From Malacoraja senta (taxonomy: Eukaryota), in the NCBI GenBank assembly GCA_038087875.1, contig CM075977.1, positions 54,808,001 through 54,872,000 on the forward strand: a stretch of DNA of 64,000 nt. The letters run 5' to 3'. The position numbers and the translations under genes were made by a program. A model generated the notes under the pieces. That model saw nothing but the letters and a program-made list of their open reading frames with translations. It had not been told where the DNA came from and did no database searches. Below, one piece after another: positions 38,077-50,887 of the stretch (positions are counted from its first letter, which is position 1; each line of letters begins with the position of its first letter).

Positions 38077-39327
38077 CAGGCACGGAAATCGCTATCAAAA
38101 CATGCGGGGGACCGGGGGGACACAATTTCTTGGTGGCCGTGCACGCATGCGCGCGCGCACACACACACACACACACGCACACACACACACACACACACAC
38201 GAGGCTTCGGAGGCTTCAGAGGCTTCAGCCGTGGGCCCTGTGGACGGTAATTACGGGAATGACGGCCCAGGCTTACGGCCAGCGTGGAGAAGCAGCGCTA
38301 GCTCCAAGGCTCCGGACTGGTGTCCTGTCAGTCCAGGCAGGGCTGTAGGTTAACCCAGCGAGACAGACAGAGTTGAGCGGGACACAAGTCCGGATCCGTG
38401 GAGCTAGCGCTGCTTCTCCGCGCTGGCTGTAAGCTTGGGCCGTCGTTCCCGTAAGTCCAGGCAGGGCTGTAGGTTAACCTGGTGGGACAGGCAGAGTTGA
38501 AGGTAGACAAAAATGCTGGAGAAACTCAGCGGGTGAGGCAGCATCTATGGAGCGAAGGAATAGGTGACGTTTCAGGTCAAAACCCTTCATTAGTCTGAAG
38601 AAGGGTTTCGACCCAAAATGTTGCCTATTTCTTCGCTCCATAGATGCTGCCTCACCCGCTGAGTTTCTCCAGCATTTTTGTCTACCTTCGATTTTTCCAG
38701 CATCTGCAGTTCCTTCTTAAACAGGCAGAGTTGAGCTGGGTTTAGCTCTGCTTCTCTGCGCTGGCTGTGGGCCTGGGGGCACTGCTCCCGTCTGACTCTC
38801 GATGTCTCTGGCTATCCCTGGGCGTGGGGGCACTCGGGTGGGGACGGGGATGGTCCAGTGGCGGTTCGGCAGCGATTGCAGCGCCGGAGACCCGGGATCG
38901 ATCCTGGCTGCAGATGAGGTGCAGGTCTGTATCCAGGGCTGCCGAGAGTGTTTTTCGCTTGTGACCTATGACCTGCACATGCAATTCAAGCTGCGCTCCA
39001 TGATCTTTGCTCCACGGACATCTTCCTCCTCCAATCACCACGCACTATCCTTAGTCCCACCCCCCTACTTCCGCATCTGACCGACACCTCCCTCCTCCAA
39101 TCATCGCGCTGAATCATCATGTCCCGCCCCCATTGCCTGCTGACCGACGTCTCTCTCGTCCAATCGGCGCCCTCCCTCGATCATCAGTCCCACCCCCACT
39201 GTCTCGCGGAAAGCGGAGATTTCACCGGGTTTTAAAATCCAGATTACAAAAAATGGGGGGGATCGAACCCACCTCTCAAAACAGGGGGGGGGCGTGTCCC
39301 CCCTGGCCCACTGGGATTTCCACCCTG
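38077..39327. mobile_element. Non-autonomous hAT-like DNA transposon
   Basis: 8-bp TSD GATTCACC (38069-38076 and 39328-39335); imperfect TIRs CAGGCACGGAAATC / GATTTCCACCCTG; internal inverted repeat 38250-38305 versus 38399-38455; (CA)n at 38158-38200. Confidence 0.85.
38501..38720. mobile_element. Complete Penelope-like palindromic element with a 14-bp direct flank (TSD)
   Basis: ACAGGCAGAGTTGA at 38487-38500 and 38721-38734; near-perfect ~85-bp arms; core ctgaagaagggtttcgacccaaaatgtt at 38595. Confidence 0.75.
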
Positions 39328-40548
39328 GATTCACCTCCTCTGGGCAACAGACTTTGTGCATCTACCTGATCTATTCCTCTCATGATTTTAAACACCTCAA
39401 TAAGATCACCCCTCATCCTCCTGCACTCCAAGGAATAGAGTCCCAACCTTCTCAACCTCTCCCTCTAGCTCACACCCTCTAGCCCTGGCATCATCCTTGC
39501 AAATCTTCTCTGTACCCTTTCCAGTTTGATAACATATTTTCTATAGAATGGTGCCCAGAACTGAATACTGTAAATGCAGCCTGACCAATGTCTTATACAA
39601 CTGCAACATGACCTACCAACTTACAGGTATATACGCAATAGACACAAAAGGCTGGAGTAACTCAGCGGGACAGGCAGCATTTCTGGAGAGAAGGAATGGG
39701 TGACGTTTTGGGTCAAGACCCTTATTCAGATGCAATACTCTGACTGATGAAGGCCAATGTGCCAAACGCCCTTTTTGACCACCTTTTCTACTCCACCTTT
39801 AAGGAACCATGCACTTGCACTCCTAGATCCCTCTGCTCTCCAATACTCCCCAGAGCCCTACCATTTACAGTGTAGGTCCTGCCCATGTTAGACTTCCCAA
39901 AATGCAACACTTCACATTTCTCTGTATTAAATTCCATCAACCATTCCTTAGCCCACCTAGCCAATTATCCTGCTGCAATTTTTCACAACCATCTTCATTA
40001 TCTGCAAAACCACCCACTTTTGTATCATCTGCAAACTTGCTAATCTTGCCTCGTATGTTCTCATTCAATCAACTTCCACCAACACTTTCCTCCACAGGAA
40101 TCATAAGGATCCTGACCCAAAACATCACCTATCCGTCCTCCAGAGATGCTGCCTGACCCGCTGAGTTACTCCAGAACTTTGTGTCTTTTTCTGAAAGGCT
40201 GTAAGCTGATCTCCTTCCTCTGCTTCGGGTGTTTTTACACGCAGACTCCATTTTCGTCATTAACATGCATTGCAAGCTTCCTTGATATAATGCCCCACCC
40301 AGTGGTCCATTACCTGAAGTACAATTGTAATCAAAAATGGGTTGCAGTGAGAAGCTTTGGCAAATATTAAGAGACACAGTCAAGAAAGGGTTTAATTGTC
40401 ATAATCAGGAAACCAACCATGAGATTCTTACTTGCTGAAGCATTATATGAATATCAACACAATACAACAAATAAATATACAACAATCAATAATACAACAA
40501 ATGATCTCTACTACGGGGTAAACTGACCATAACAGTGCAAACCAAGTA

Positions 40549-41175
40549 CATCATCATCATCGTCATGGGTGGTCACTCGAAACGAGTATGACTGTCCTCT
40601 CATGGAGGATGCCAGTGCATGACTTTGTTTAACGTGGGGAGACTGGTGCACAGACAGCCACCACACAGTTCTTGAGAGATCTGGGTCAGGATCCAGTGGT
40701 ATGGAGTCCAAGACGACTGGGGACCCTTTTCTGCTGCAGCCTTCATCCGCCTTCCCAGCTGTTGTGACGCTCCACTAAAGTCAGCCATCATCCTCTGCCT
40801 GTTCCACAGAATGTAGTTAAGGCCAGTTCATTGGCTATATTTAAGAGGGAGTTAGATGTGGCCCTTGTGGCTAAAGGGATCAGGGGGTATGGAGAGAAAG
40901 CAGGTACAGGATACTGAGTTGGATGATCAGCCATGATCATATTGAATGGCGGTGCAGGCTCGAAGGGCCGAATGGCCTACTCCTGCACCTATTTTCTATG
41001 TTTCTATATTTCTATGTTCCACCGTTGAGATCTTGGTTGGATCGCTCTTTGACAGGGACCTCCCTCAAAACCTTACCACCATGGGTGACTCTACCAGGAG
41101 CATAGCTCCAGACGGCATCGCTCTCAGGATCTCAGGACCACACAAGCTTCCCCACCATGACAAGGTGACAATCCA
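40549..41175 (-). mobile_element. Bipartite non-autonomous RTE-like element with a nested CR1 tail (~40808-41014, TSD TGTTCCAC)
   Basis: Minus-strand 5' end tcaccttgtcatggtggggaagcttgtgtggtcc typical of RTE/Expander; 3' ctcgtttcgag hairpin and (gat)n tail; no ORF. Confidence 0.65.
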
Positions 41176-41599
41176 CAGACAAACCAAAGTACACAGTGAA
41201 ATCTAAGCAAAGTCCACAGAAATTTGTTGCTGAGGTAGGATTGTGGTTGGGGTTGTGCAGTGTTGGGTTCAAGAGCCCGATGGTTGATGGGAAGAAGCTG
41301 CTCTTCAACCTGGAGGTCATATTTGAAAGATAGACACAAGATGCAGGAGTAACTAAGCAGGTCAGGCCGCATCGATGGAGAAAATGGATAGGTGATGTTT
41401 TGGATCTGAACCATTCTTCAGACTGAAGAAATATTACAACATCTGATGCAATTTCATGGATGGGAGTGGGCCATGTAGGTTTAACACTGGCAAAAAATAT
41501 GCCTCTTATCTTTATTCCTTTAATATTAAATGCTCCAAAATGTTTTCCTGCACGAGGAAAATGAGATTAGTATAGTTTGGCATAGATGTGATGGACCAA

Positions 41600-42093
41600 C
41601 GGGTCTATTTCTGTGCCAGAAGGCTTCCCGACGAGCCGCAGCTGTGGACTGGAAACGCGGCTGGAGGCCTTTATCAAGGCGCCGCGGTCTCGATGCCTCC
41701 CGCAGACCTTGCGGGTAGAAGCCCGGGTCGGGCAGTGGCCGACGGAGTCCACAGTTGTGGCCCAGGTCGGCACCTCGGAGGCATGAAGTTGGGCGTCGAC
41801 AATGATGAGGCCTCGGCGGGGGCGGTGGTGGTGGTGAAACCTCGTGGGACCTGGCGTGGGGGGACCGTCGTGAGAGAGGTGGGGGAAGAACAATGGACAA
41901 TGGGGGGGGGGGGGACAAAGGACAATGGGGACCCGGCGTGGCGGAACTTTTGGGGGGGTGACAAAAGGTGGAGCTGCCGTGCTTTGTAACTTTGTCAGCG
42001 CCGCAGGTGGCCGCTATTTGTATACATTGTGTAAGCAAGCAAAGAATCTCACTGTGCCTAGTCACATGTAACAATAAAGTATTCCTATTCCTA
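41600..42093 (+). mobile_element. Non-autonomous Rex1/L2-tailed element (GC-rich body)
   Basis: Tail gaatctcactgtgcctagtcacatgtaacaataaagtattcctattcc; architecture like 32758-33619. Confidence 0.55.
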
Positions 42094-42179
42094 AAATTGA
42101 CACAAAATGCTGGAGTAACTAAGTGGGACAGGCAGCATCTCTGGAGAGAAAGAATGGGTGACGTTTCGTGGCAAGACCC

Positions 42180-45100
42180 TTCCGGTGGCGCCATGGAGCA
42201 GTAAGAGGCACAGCATTCAGCTCCGCTCCCGACAAATGCGCTAAAAGCGCTAAAAAGCCTTTAAAAGAAGACGGGACCGAATTATAAATACTCACCGGGG
42301 ATGCCTGACGTCGCATAAGTGACATCATCAGAAATCGCCGCAAAATAACGGGGAAAGCCGGCAATTTTAAATGAGAAAAAGGAACTTACCTAAATGACCC
42401 ACGTCAAGACCTCTGACTAGACTGCTAGTTAAAGAGTTGGGGAAAAGACCTCAAACAACTCCAGAAGGGTCTGAAGAAGAAGAAACTGAAGGTCGAAGAT
42501 TCATTGCTGAAATGGAATCAAAGGTAAAAGAACAGGAACACTCTTTAAGAGAAGCTGTGTCAAAAGACTTTGCTGATATGTTACACAAGGAGATTTCCGC
42601 ACTGGCTACAAGTATGCAGCTCGGGAATAAGCAAGTTATTGAGACAATTGGTACTCTACAGCAACGTATTGAGGACGTTGAGACCGAGCTAAGAGTAGAA
42701 ATTGAACAGGTTGAAGAAGATTACAATCAAAAGTTGGAGCCTGTTCTCACTACTGCTGCAGAACACAGCACTGCTATTAAAGATCTGGAAACTGCGATGA
42801 AGGATATGTCTGAAGCGATGAAGAGAATGAGAGAAGATCAAGACCGAGTTTCTGGGCAACTGGCTAGAATGACCGACAAATGTCTCGACCTCGAAGCTCG
42901 GTCAAGACGGCAGAATTTAAGGATAGTTAGAGTGAGAGAAGGACCCTCCGGATTTCACTGCCAACTTACTTAAACAAGTATTCAAGCTGTCTGAAAAACC
43001 GAAAGTAGATGTTGCACACCGAGTTCAGAGAGCACAATCGAGGCCAGGAGCCCCACCAAGACAGATTATAGTGAAACTTCACGACATAGCAGCTCTTGAA
43101 GACATTATTAAAAAATTCCATTCGTAAAAAACCTGATGTTTGAAGGTGAAATCGTACGATTCTTTAGAGACTACCCAGCAGAAGTGGTTAAGAAACGTGC
43201 CCTTTTTACAAAGACAAGACTGATCCTTAAAGGAACTCCGAACTTAAGATATGGGATAATTTACCCTGCAAAAATGAGGATCACATATAATGATTTGGAG
43301 CGTTTCTTTATTGATCCAGAAGAAGCATTTAAATAGGCACAAGAGCTAACAAAGGATATTAAAGGATGGTTTACCTTTTATATATATCTGGAGTGGGGAA
43401 ACTGAGAAAATATGACTTTTAAAATAAATTTAAGCATAAAAGTTGCCGATAAGATGGCCGACGAATTTACACGTGCTTAAGTCTAGACACCTTATCGGCT
43501 TTGGAATGCAAACTCAAGGACATACTTTTTTTGAACGAAAGATTTAATAAAATGGAACTACGCAGCATAGAAAATTAAATTAAATGGAGCGGAACGTAAC
43601 AATTTACTAATGAAAAGATATAAATAATTATATACTAACACATAAATAACTGGACTAACTCATGTATCCTAATCTAAAATGTACTATCATAACCGAATAA
43701 TGATTCATTTTTTTCCTTTTTTTTAAAGTCGATAATGAACATGCTGTAGATTTATGATTGCTAGTTAAATCTGCTGTATTATTATACTAATATACTAAAA
43801 TATGTGTAATTGATTCGGGAAGACAAATTCCCAGTTATGCTCAAGATAAATTAACAAGGAATCAGGTTGGAAGGGAGTGAAACAGTTGGCAAGCAGCCAA
43901 GATTGCAATTTTGGTTAACCCCTTCCAACCAGCAGTTTCTTACTTAAATATACTGGGCTTTGTCTGCTAAGTTAAATACAGTAATTAAATAGTAAATAGT
44001 AAATACTTGTGCAGTTCAAAATATCTGTTCTTTCTTTTTTACAATACTTGTTTAAGGGAACGGAGCTTAATGCAATTTTACATCTACATAAGGTTTCAAG
44101 AATTTTCTCCCACCATTTGGTGTTTTTTTTCTCGCAGTATATATATTTTTTTAAATACTGTTTTCACAATTTTTATGTTATTTAGCACTTTTGATTTTTT
44201 CTTTAAGGGCACATTTTCAAGGGATATACCAACAGAGTTTAGCAGCTGTGAGCACCCACCCAACACCCAGAAGCTTGTGTTGCACCATCTGAAATAAAGG
44301 TGCCAATGTAATTTATAATGCAAGACGACGCGCAAAAGAAAATTGGAGGAATTACGTTTTGTAGCTGGAACATAAGGGGCGCTAACGAGCCAATTAAAAG
44401 GGGTAAGATTCTTGCCCAATTAAAATCACTTAATGCCGATATAATATTTCTACAGGAAACACACTTGAAAGTTCAAGCTCAGACCAGGCTGAAGGCAAAT
44501 TGGATCGGTCAAACATATCACTCCTATCTCTCTAAATCTAGGGGTTACGCAATTATAATTCGTAAAGGCATACCATTTAAACATAAGAATACCATCGCAG
44601 GCAAAGAGGGGAGGTATGTCATAATTACTGGAGAGATACATTCTACTCCACTCACCATGGTAAATATTTATGCTCCTAATTTTGATAATCCGCAATTTTT
44701 TAATAAAATCCTGAATATAATTTCTGAGTACAATTACCAAATTGTGATAATTGGGGGAGATTTCAATTGCGTTCTGGATCAATATCTGGATAAATCTGCC
44801 CAACAAAAGAGACTTAATATAAAATCAAAATCCAGTGAACTTTTAAATACATACAGAAAAAACACAAATATAACAGATGTATGGAGGATTGCAAACCCAG
44901 CTGGAAGGGAATACTCCTTTTATTCATCAGTACACAAAACCTAAACCGATTACTTCTTAGTAGACACAAAATTAATTCCCTTTACAACTAATCCTAAATA
45001 TCATAATAGTGTCATCTCTGATCATTTTCCGTTAACCTTCTTCCTAAAACTAGAAGGAATGTTCAATAAAAAATCGTTTTGGAGGTTCAATCCCCAAATT

Positions 45101-48100
45101 TTAAACAACCCGGACGGTTGTATATACCTAAAACAACAGATGGAACTTTTCTTTGAGACTAATGATACCTCAGATATTTCACCCTCCCTATTATGGGAAT
45201 CCTTTAAGGCGTTTATCAAAGGTTCTATTATTTCATACCAAGCTTTTCAAAATAAAAAGAATAGGACGGAACAATTGCAACTAGAAGAACAAATTAGACA
45301 ACTTGAGTGAGAAAACGCGAAAGATACAACTATAGATAAACACAACAAGATAGCAATATTGAAATTTAAACTAAACCGAATTTTATCTGCAAGAGTCATT
45401 AGACTATTTCAAATTACAAAACAGGAAAATTTCAAATTTGGCGATAAGCCACACAAACTTTTGGCACGTCAGCTGAAAAAAGTGGAAAAGGATCACACTA
45501 TTCTAAAAATCATATCAGATAAAGGTGAATTGCTAATGCTGCCTAAAGACATTAACAAAAGATTTGCTCAATTTTATCAAAATTTATATACATCCAAAAC
45601 ATCAACAGACAGCAAGAAAATTATAAACTTTCTGGACAACTGTAATCTCCCAACACTTAATACGTTGGAACAAGAGGAATTAGGAGCACAGGTTTCAATC
45701 AAAGAAATAGAAGAGACAATAAACTCACTGAAGAATGGTAAAATACCGGGACCAGATGGATTCAGTAATGAATTTTATAAAAGATTTCACGAGGTAATTT
45801 CACCACGCTTACACAAGCTTTATACATATCCATTTAAAGAACAGACACTACCAGAAACACTATCGGAATCAACTATCACACGCATACCCAAAAAGGTAAA
45901 GATCTAGAAGACCCTGGTTCGTACAGAGCAATTGCATTATTAAATACAGATCAGAAAATATTAGCGAAAACTCTGGCAAGAAGATTAAGTAAATACGTTA
46001 GTAAATTAATACATGCGGATCAAACGGGGTTTATACCCAAGAGACATTCATTTAATAATCTGAGACATCTTTTTAATATAATGTATTCACACAAAATTAA
46101 AGAAGAAGACTTATCAATTATTTCATTAGATGCAGAATAAGCATTCGACGAAGTAGAATGGGAATACCTCTTCAAAGTACTGCAAAAATTTCAGATGGGA
46201 GGGAACTTTATTTCATGGATAAAATTACTATATGACAGGCCAACTGCTAGAATATTGACCAGCCACATACTTTCTCCGAAATTTCACTTATCCAGGGGCA
46301 TTAGACAGGGTTGTGCATTATATAACCATATAACCATATAACCATAACAGCACGGAAACAGGCCATCTCGGCCCTTCAAGTCCGTGCCGAACATTTAAAT
46401 GTATTTTATTTTTATTTTTTTTATTTTTTTTAAAAACATTTTTTAATTAAAAATAAATACTTCCCCCTAGTCCCATCTACCTGCACTCAGACCATAACCC
46501 TCCATTCCTTTCCCGTCCATATACCCATCCAATCTATTTTTAAAGGATAACATCGAACCTGCCTCCACCACTTCCACTGGAAGCTCTTTCCACACAGCTA
46601 CCACTCTCTGAGTAAAGAAGTTCCCCCTAATGTCCCCCCTAAACTTCTGTCCCTTAATTCTCAAGTCATGTCCCCTTGTTTGAATCTTCCCTACTCTCAA
46701 TGGGAAAAGCTTATCCACATCCACTCTGTCTAACCCGCTCATAATTTTAAAGACCTCTATCAAGTCCCCTCTTAACCTTCTGCGCTCCAAAGAATAAAGA
46801 CCTAACTTGTTCAACCTTTCTCTGTAACTTAGTTGCTGAAACCCAGGCAACATTCTAGTAAATCTCCTCTGTACTCGCTCTATTTTGTTGACATCCTTCC
46901 TATAATTAGGCGACCAAAATTGTACTCCATACTCCAGAATTGGCCTCACCAATGCCTTGTACAATTTTAACATTACATCCCAACTTCTATATTCAATGCT
47001 CTGATTTATAAAGGCCAGCACACCAAAAGCTTTCTTTACCACCCTATCTACATGAGATTCCACCTTCAGGGAACTATGCACAGTTATTCCTAGATCCCTC
47101 TGTTCAACTGCATTCCTCAATTCGCTACCATTTACCGTGTACGTCCTATTTTGATTTGTCCTGCCGAGATGTAGCACCTCACATTTGTCAGCATTAAACT
47201 CCATCTGCCATCTTTCAGCCCACTCTTCCAAATGGCCTAAATCTCTCTGTAGACTTTGAAAATCTACTTCATTATCCACAACACCACCTATCTTAGTATC
47301 ATCTGCATACTTACTAATCCAATTTTCCACACCTTCATCCAGATCATTGATGTACATGACAAACAACAGTGGACCCAACACAGACCCCTGAGGCACCCCA
47401 CTAGTCACCGGCCTCCAACCTGCCAAACAGCCATCCACCATTACTCTCTGGCATCTCCCATTCAGCCACTGTTGAATCCATCTTGCTACTCCACCATTAA
47501 TACCCAACAATTGAATCTTCTTAACCAACCTTCCATGAGGAACCTTGTCAAAGGCCTTACTGAAGTCCATATAGACAACATCCACTGCTTTACCCTCATC
47601 AATTTCCCTAGTAACCTCTTCGAAAAATTCAAGAAGATTAGTCAAGCATGACCTTCCAGGCACAAATCCATGTTGACTGTTCCTAATCAGACCCTGCTTA
47701 TCCAGATGCTTATATATATTATCTTTAAGTATCCTTTCCATTAATTTGCCCACCACTGACGTCAAACTAACAGGTCTATAATTGCTAGGTTTACTCTTCG
47801 AACCCTTTTTAAACAATGGAACAACATGCGCAGTACGCCAATCCTCCGGCACTATTCCCGTTTCTAATGACATTTGAAATATTTCTGTCATAGCCCCTGC
47901 TATTTCTACACTAACTTCCCTCAATGTCCTAGGGAATATCCTGTCAGGACCTGGAGACTTATCCGTTTTCATATTTTTCAAAAGTGTCCGCACATCCTCT
48001 TCTTTGAATCTCACAGTTTCCATTGCTACTCTGCTCGTTTCCCTTACCTCACATAATTCCATATCCTTCTCCTTCGTGAATACCGAAGAAAAGAAATTGT

Positions 48101-50887
48101 TCAATATCTCCCCCATCTCTTTTGGCTCTGCAGATAGCTGTCCACTCTGACTCTCTAATGGACCGATTTTATTCCTTGTTATCCTTTTGCTATTAATATA
48201 GCTGTAGAAACCCTTTGGATTTACTTTCACCTTACTTGCCAAAGCAACCTCATATCTTCTTTTAGCTTTTCTAATTTCTTTCTTAATATTCTTTTTACTT
48301 TCTTTATACTCCTTAAGCACCTCATTTACTCCATGCTGCCTATAATTATTGTAGATCTCTCTCTTTTTCTGAACCAAGTGTCCAATTTCCCTTGAAAACC
48401 ATGGCTCTTTCCATTTTCTACTAATTCCTTTCAACCGAACAGGGACATAAAGATTCTGTACTCTTAAAATTTCACCCTTAAATGTCCTCCATTTTTCTTC
48501 TACATCCTTCCCATAAAACAACATGTCCCAATTCACTCCTTTTAAATCCTTTCGCATCTCCTCAAAGTTAGCCTTTCTCCAAACAAAAATCTCAACCCTA
48601 GGTCCAGTTCTGACCCTCTCCATAATTATATTGAAACTAATGGTATTGTGATCACTGGACCCAAAGTGCTCCCCGACGCATACCTCCGCCACCTGCCCTG
48701 TCTCATTTCCTAACAGGAGGTCCAGCACTGCCCCTTCTCTAGTAGGTACCTCTATGTATTGCTGCAAAAAAATTATCACCCCTGCTATTTGCCCTTGCAA
48801 TAGAGCCCTTAGCGGAAAGTATAAGAATGCATCCGAATATTCACGGTTATAATACTAAACATTCCAATAATAAAATATCATTATATGCAGATGACGTATT
48901 ATTATACATTACAAAATCTCAAGTTAGTATACCAAATATATTAAGTCTAATAGAGGAATTCGGTTCTTTCTCAGGATATAGAATAAACTGGAATAAAAGT
49001 GAAATCCTGGCGATAAAACCCCAAGAGTTGACACACCTTTTAAAATTTCCTTTTTGAACTGCTACAGAAAAATTTAAATACCTGGGTATCCAAGTAACCA
49101 GAAAATATAATTCTTTATTCAATGCAAACTTCCTGCCTTTAGTTACTAAATTAAACGCTCTGATTCAATTCTGGAAAACACTTCCGATGTCTCTAATAGG
49201 CAGAATAAATGCCATAAAAATGATTTTTCTCCCACAAATTCTCTATTTATTTCAACCGATATAAACTTGATTCCCAGATTACAAATTTTATTTGGGATTA
49301 TAAATCACATAGAATTCATAAACAACATCTAAGTAAACCCAAAGAAATTGTTGGATTGGCGCTCTCCAATTTCTTATACTATTATTGGGCAGTGAATATT
49401 AAAAATGTAATTCACTGGCTGGATAATTCATGTCAACAGGTAGATTGGTAAGTAATGGAGTGAGAGGATTGCCTGCCTTTTAATATAGGCGTGATCCTTC
49501 TCTCCCCAATAAAGTTGAAGAACACAATATACAAGAAAAACCCAATTATTCATAGTACTTTAAGAATTTTGAGACAAGTAAAATTTACTCTTAAACTAAG
49601 AAATCTATCTCTTCTCTCCCCAATAGCTAATAACCCGTCGTTCAAACCATCTATTATAGATAAAATGTTTATTCATTGAGAAAGACTAGGAATTAAAAAG
49701 GTTGGAGATTTGTATGAAATGGGAAACCTCCTATCATTCCAGAAATTACAGTCGAAATACAGTCTGAAAGGTAATCAATATTTTAGATATCTTCAAATTA
49801 GAGATTATTTGAAAACATATACCCACGAATACCAAACTCTGTTGCCAGATATATTAGATGAAGGTATGAATAGAAATGCAGTCAAATAATTTAATATCAT
49901 ATTTGTACAATATCCTTTTAAATATAGAAACTCCATCGTCAGATGTAATTAGAAGAGAGTGGGAACAGGAATTAAGCTTAAAAATTCACAAAGACAGATG
50001 GGAAAAATATCTTTTATATGTACATAATTGTTCAATTAATATAAGACATATTCTAATCCAATTTAAAATACTACACAGACTATATTACTCAAAAACTAAA
50101 CTGAACAAAATTTGCAAATGTATCTCCCATCTGCGACAAATGCTTATCTCAAGAAGCAACTAAAACACACTCATTTGCTTCTTGTATAAAACTTCATAAA
50201 TTTTGGAAAGGAATCTTTGAAATCTTCTCAAAATTATTAAAAACAAAACGACCCCCACACAGAATTGATTATTTTTGGAATAACAGGAGCCTGTGCTGAG
50301 CTATCAATATTTCAAAGACGTTTCCTTAATTATGGCCTGATTATGGCAAAAAATGTATACTTAAATTTTGGAAAAATGCTTCTACCCCAACTCTCAAAAT
50401 GTGGATTACAAGCATGTCTGAGACACTACATCTTGAAGATATGAGACTCGTCTTAGCAGGAAAATCAGAGACATTTTTAAAGATATGGTCTCCTTTTATT
50501 GATTCATTACAAGTATAGTATGGTGCAACACAACTCTGGTATTAAACCGATTCACGGACAGGGTGATGGGTGTGGTGAGAAATGAAGCAGGTATATCAAC
50601 ACGTAATGGTCCCCTTTTTTTTCCTCTTCTTTATTTTTCTTCGTTTTTGTCTTTTTATTCTTTTTTAGGCTTTTACTTATTCACTCCTGGACTGCACTAT
50701 TTGGTAGTTTAGGGGTTCACACATTCACTATTTCTTTCACTTTCTTCCTTTTTCGCTCTTTCTATCTTGTTCTATTTCATTTTTATTAAATTTAAAATGG
50801 AAGATGTACAATAAATATATTTTGTCATTTGCCACGGTTTATATTACTGTACACTGCTTCTAATAAAAATATTAATTTAAAAAAATT
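42180..50887 (+). mobile_element. Near-full-length L1-clade LINE (inactivated)
   Basis: GC-rich 5' UTR; ORF1 ~42437-43336 (coiled coil, LEARSRRQNLRI, FFRDYP); ~1-kb spacer; ORF2 from 44318 (SWNIRG, FLQETH, GGDFN, PGPDG, RQGCALSP, YADD); pyrimidine-rich 3' UTR and AATAAA; multiple stops. Confidence 0.93.
46322..48771 (-). mobile_element. Young 5'-truncated CR1 LINE inserted in the L1 RT domain
   Basis: Uninterrupted reading frame 46467-48770 ([21 protein letters not shown]); (ggttatat)n tail; TSD ATTAT splitting L1 codons QGCAL|SPLLF. Confidence 0.95.

Larger units (their letters stand above)
37817..40070 (-). mobile_element. CR1 LINE 3' part, split by a hAT element and a Penelope-like half
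   Basis: Same family as 1370-3752; continuous across the 38077-39327 insertion. Confidence 0.88.

Noticed and set aside
46467-48800. 777-aa ORF as a host or domesticated gene
   Set aside because: It is a 5'-truncated CR1 ORF2 with a TSD and tail; its start codon comes from flanking antisense L1.
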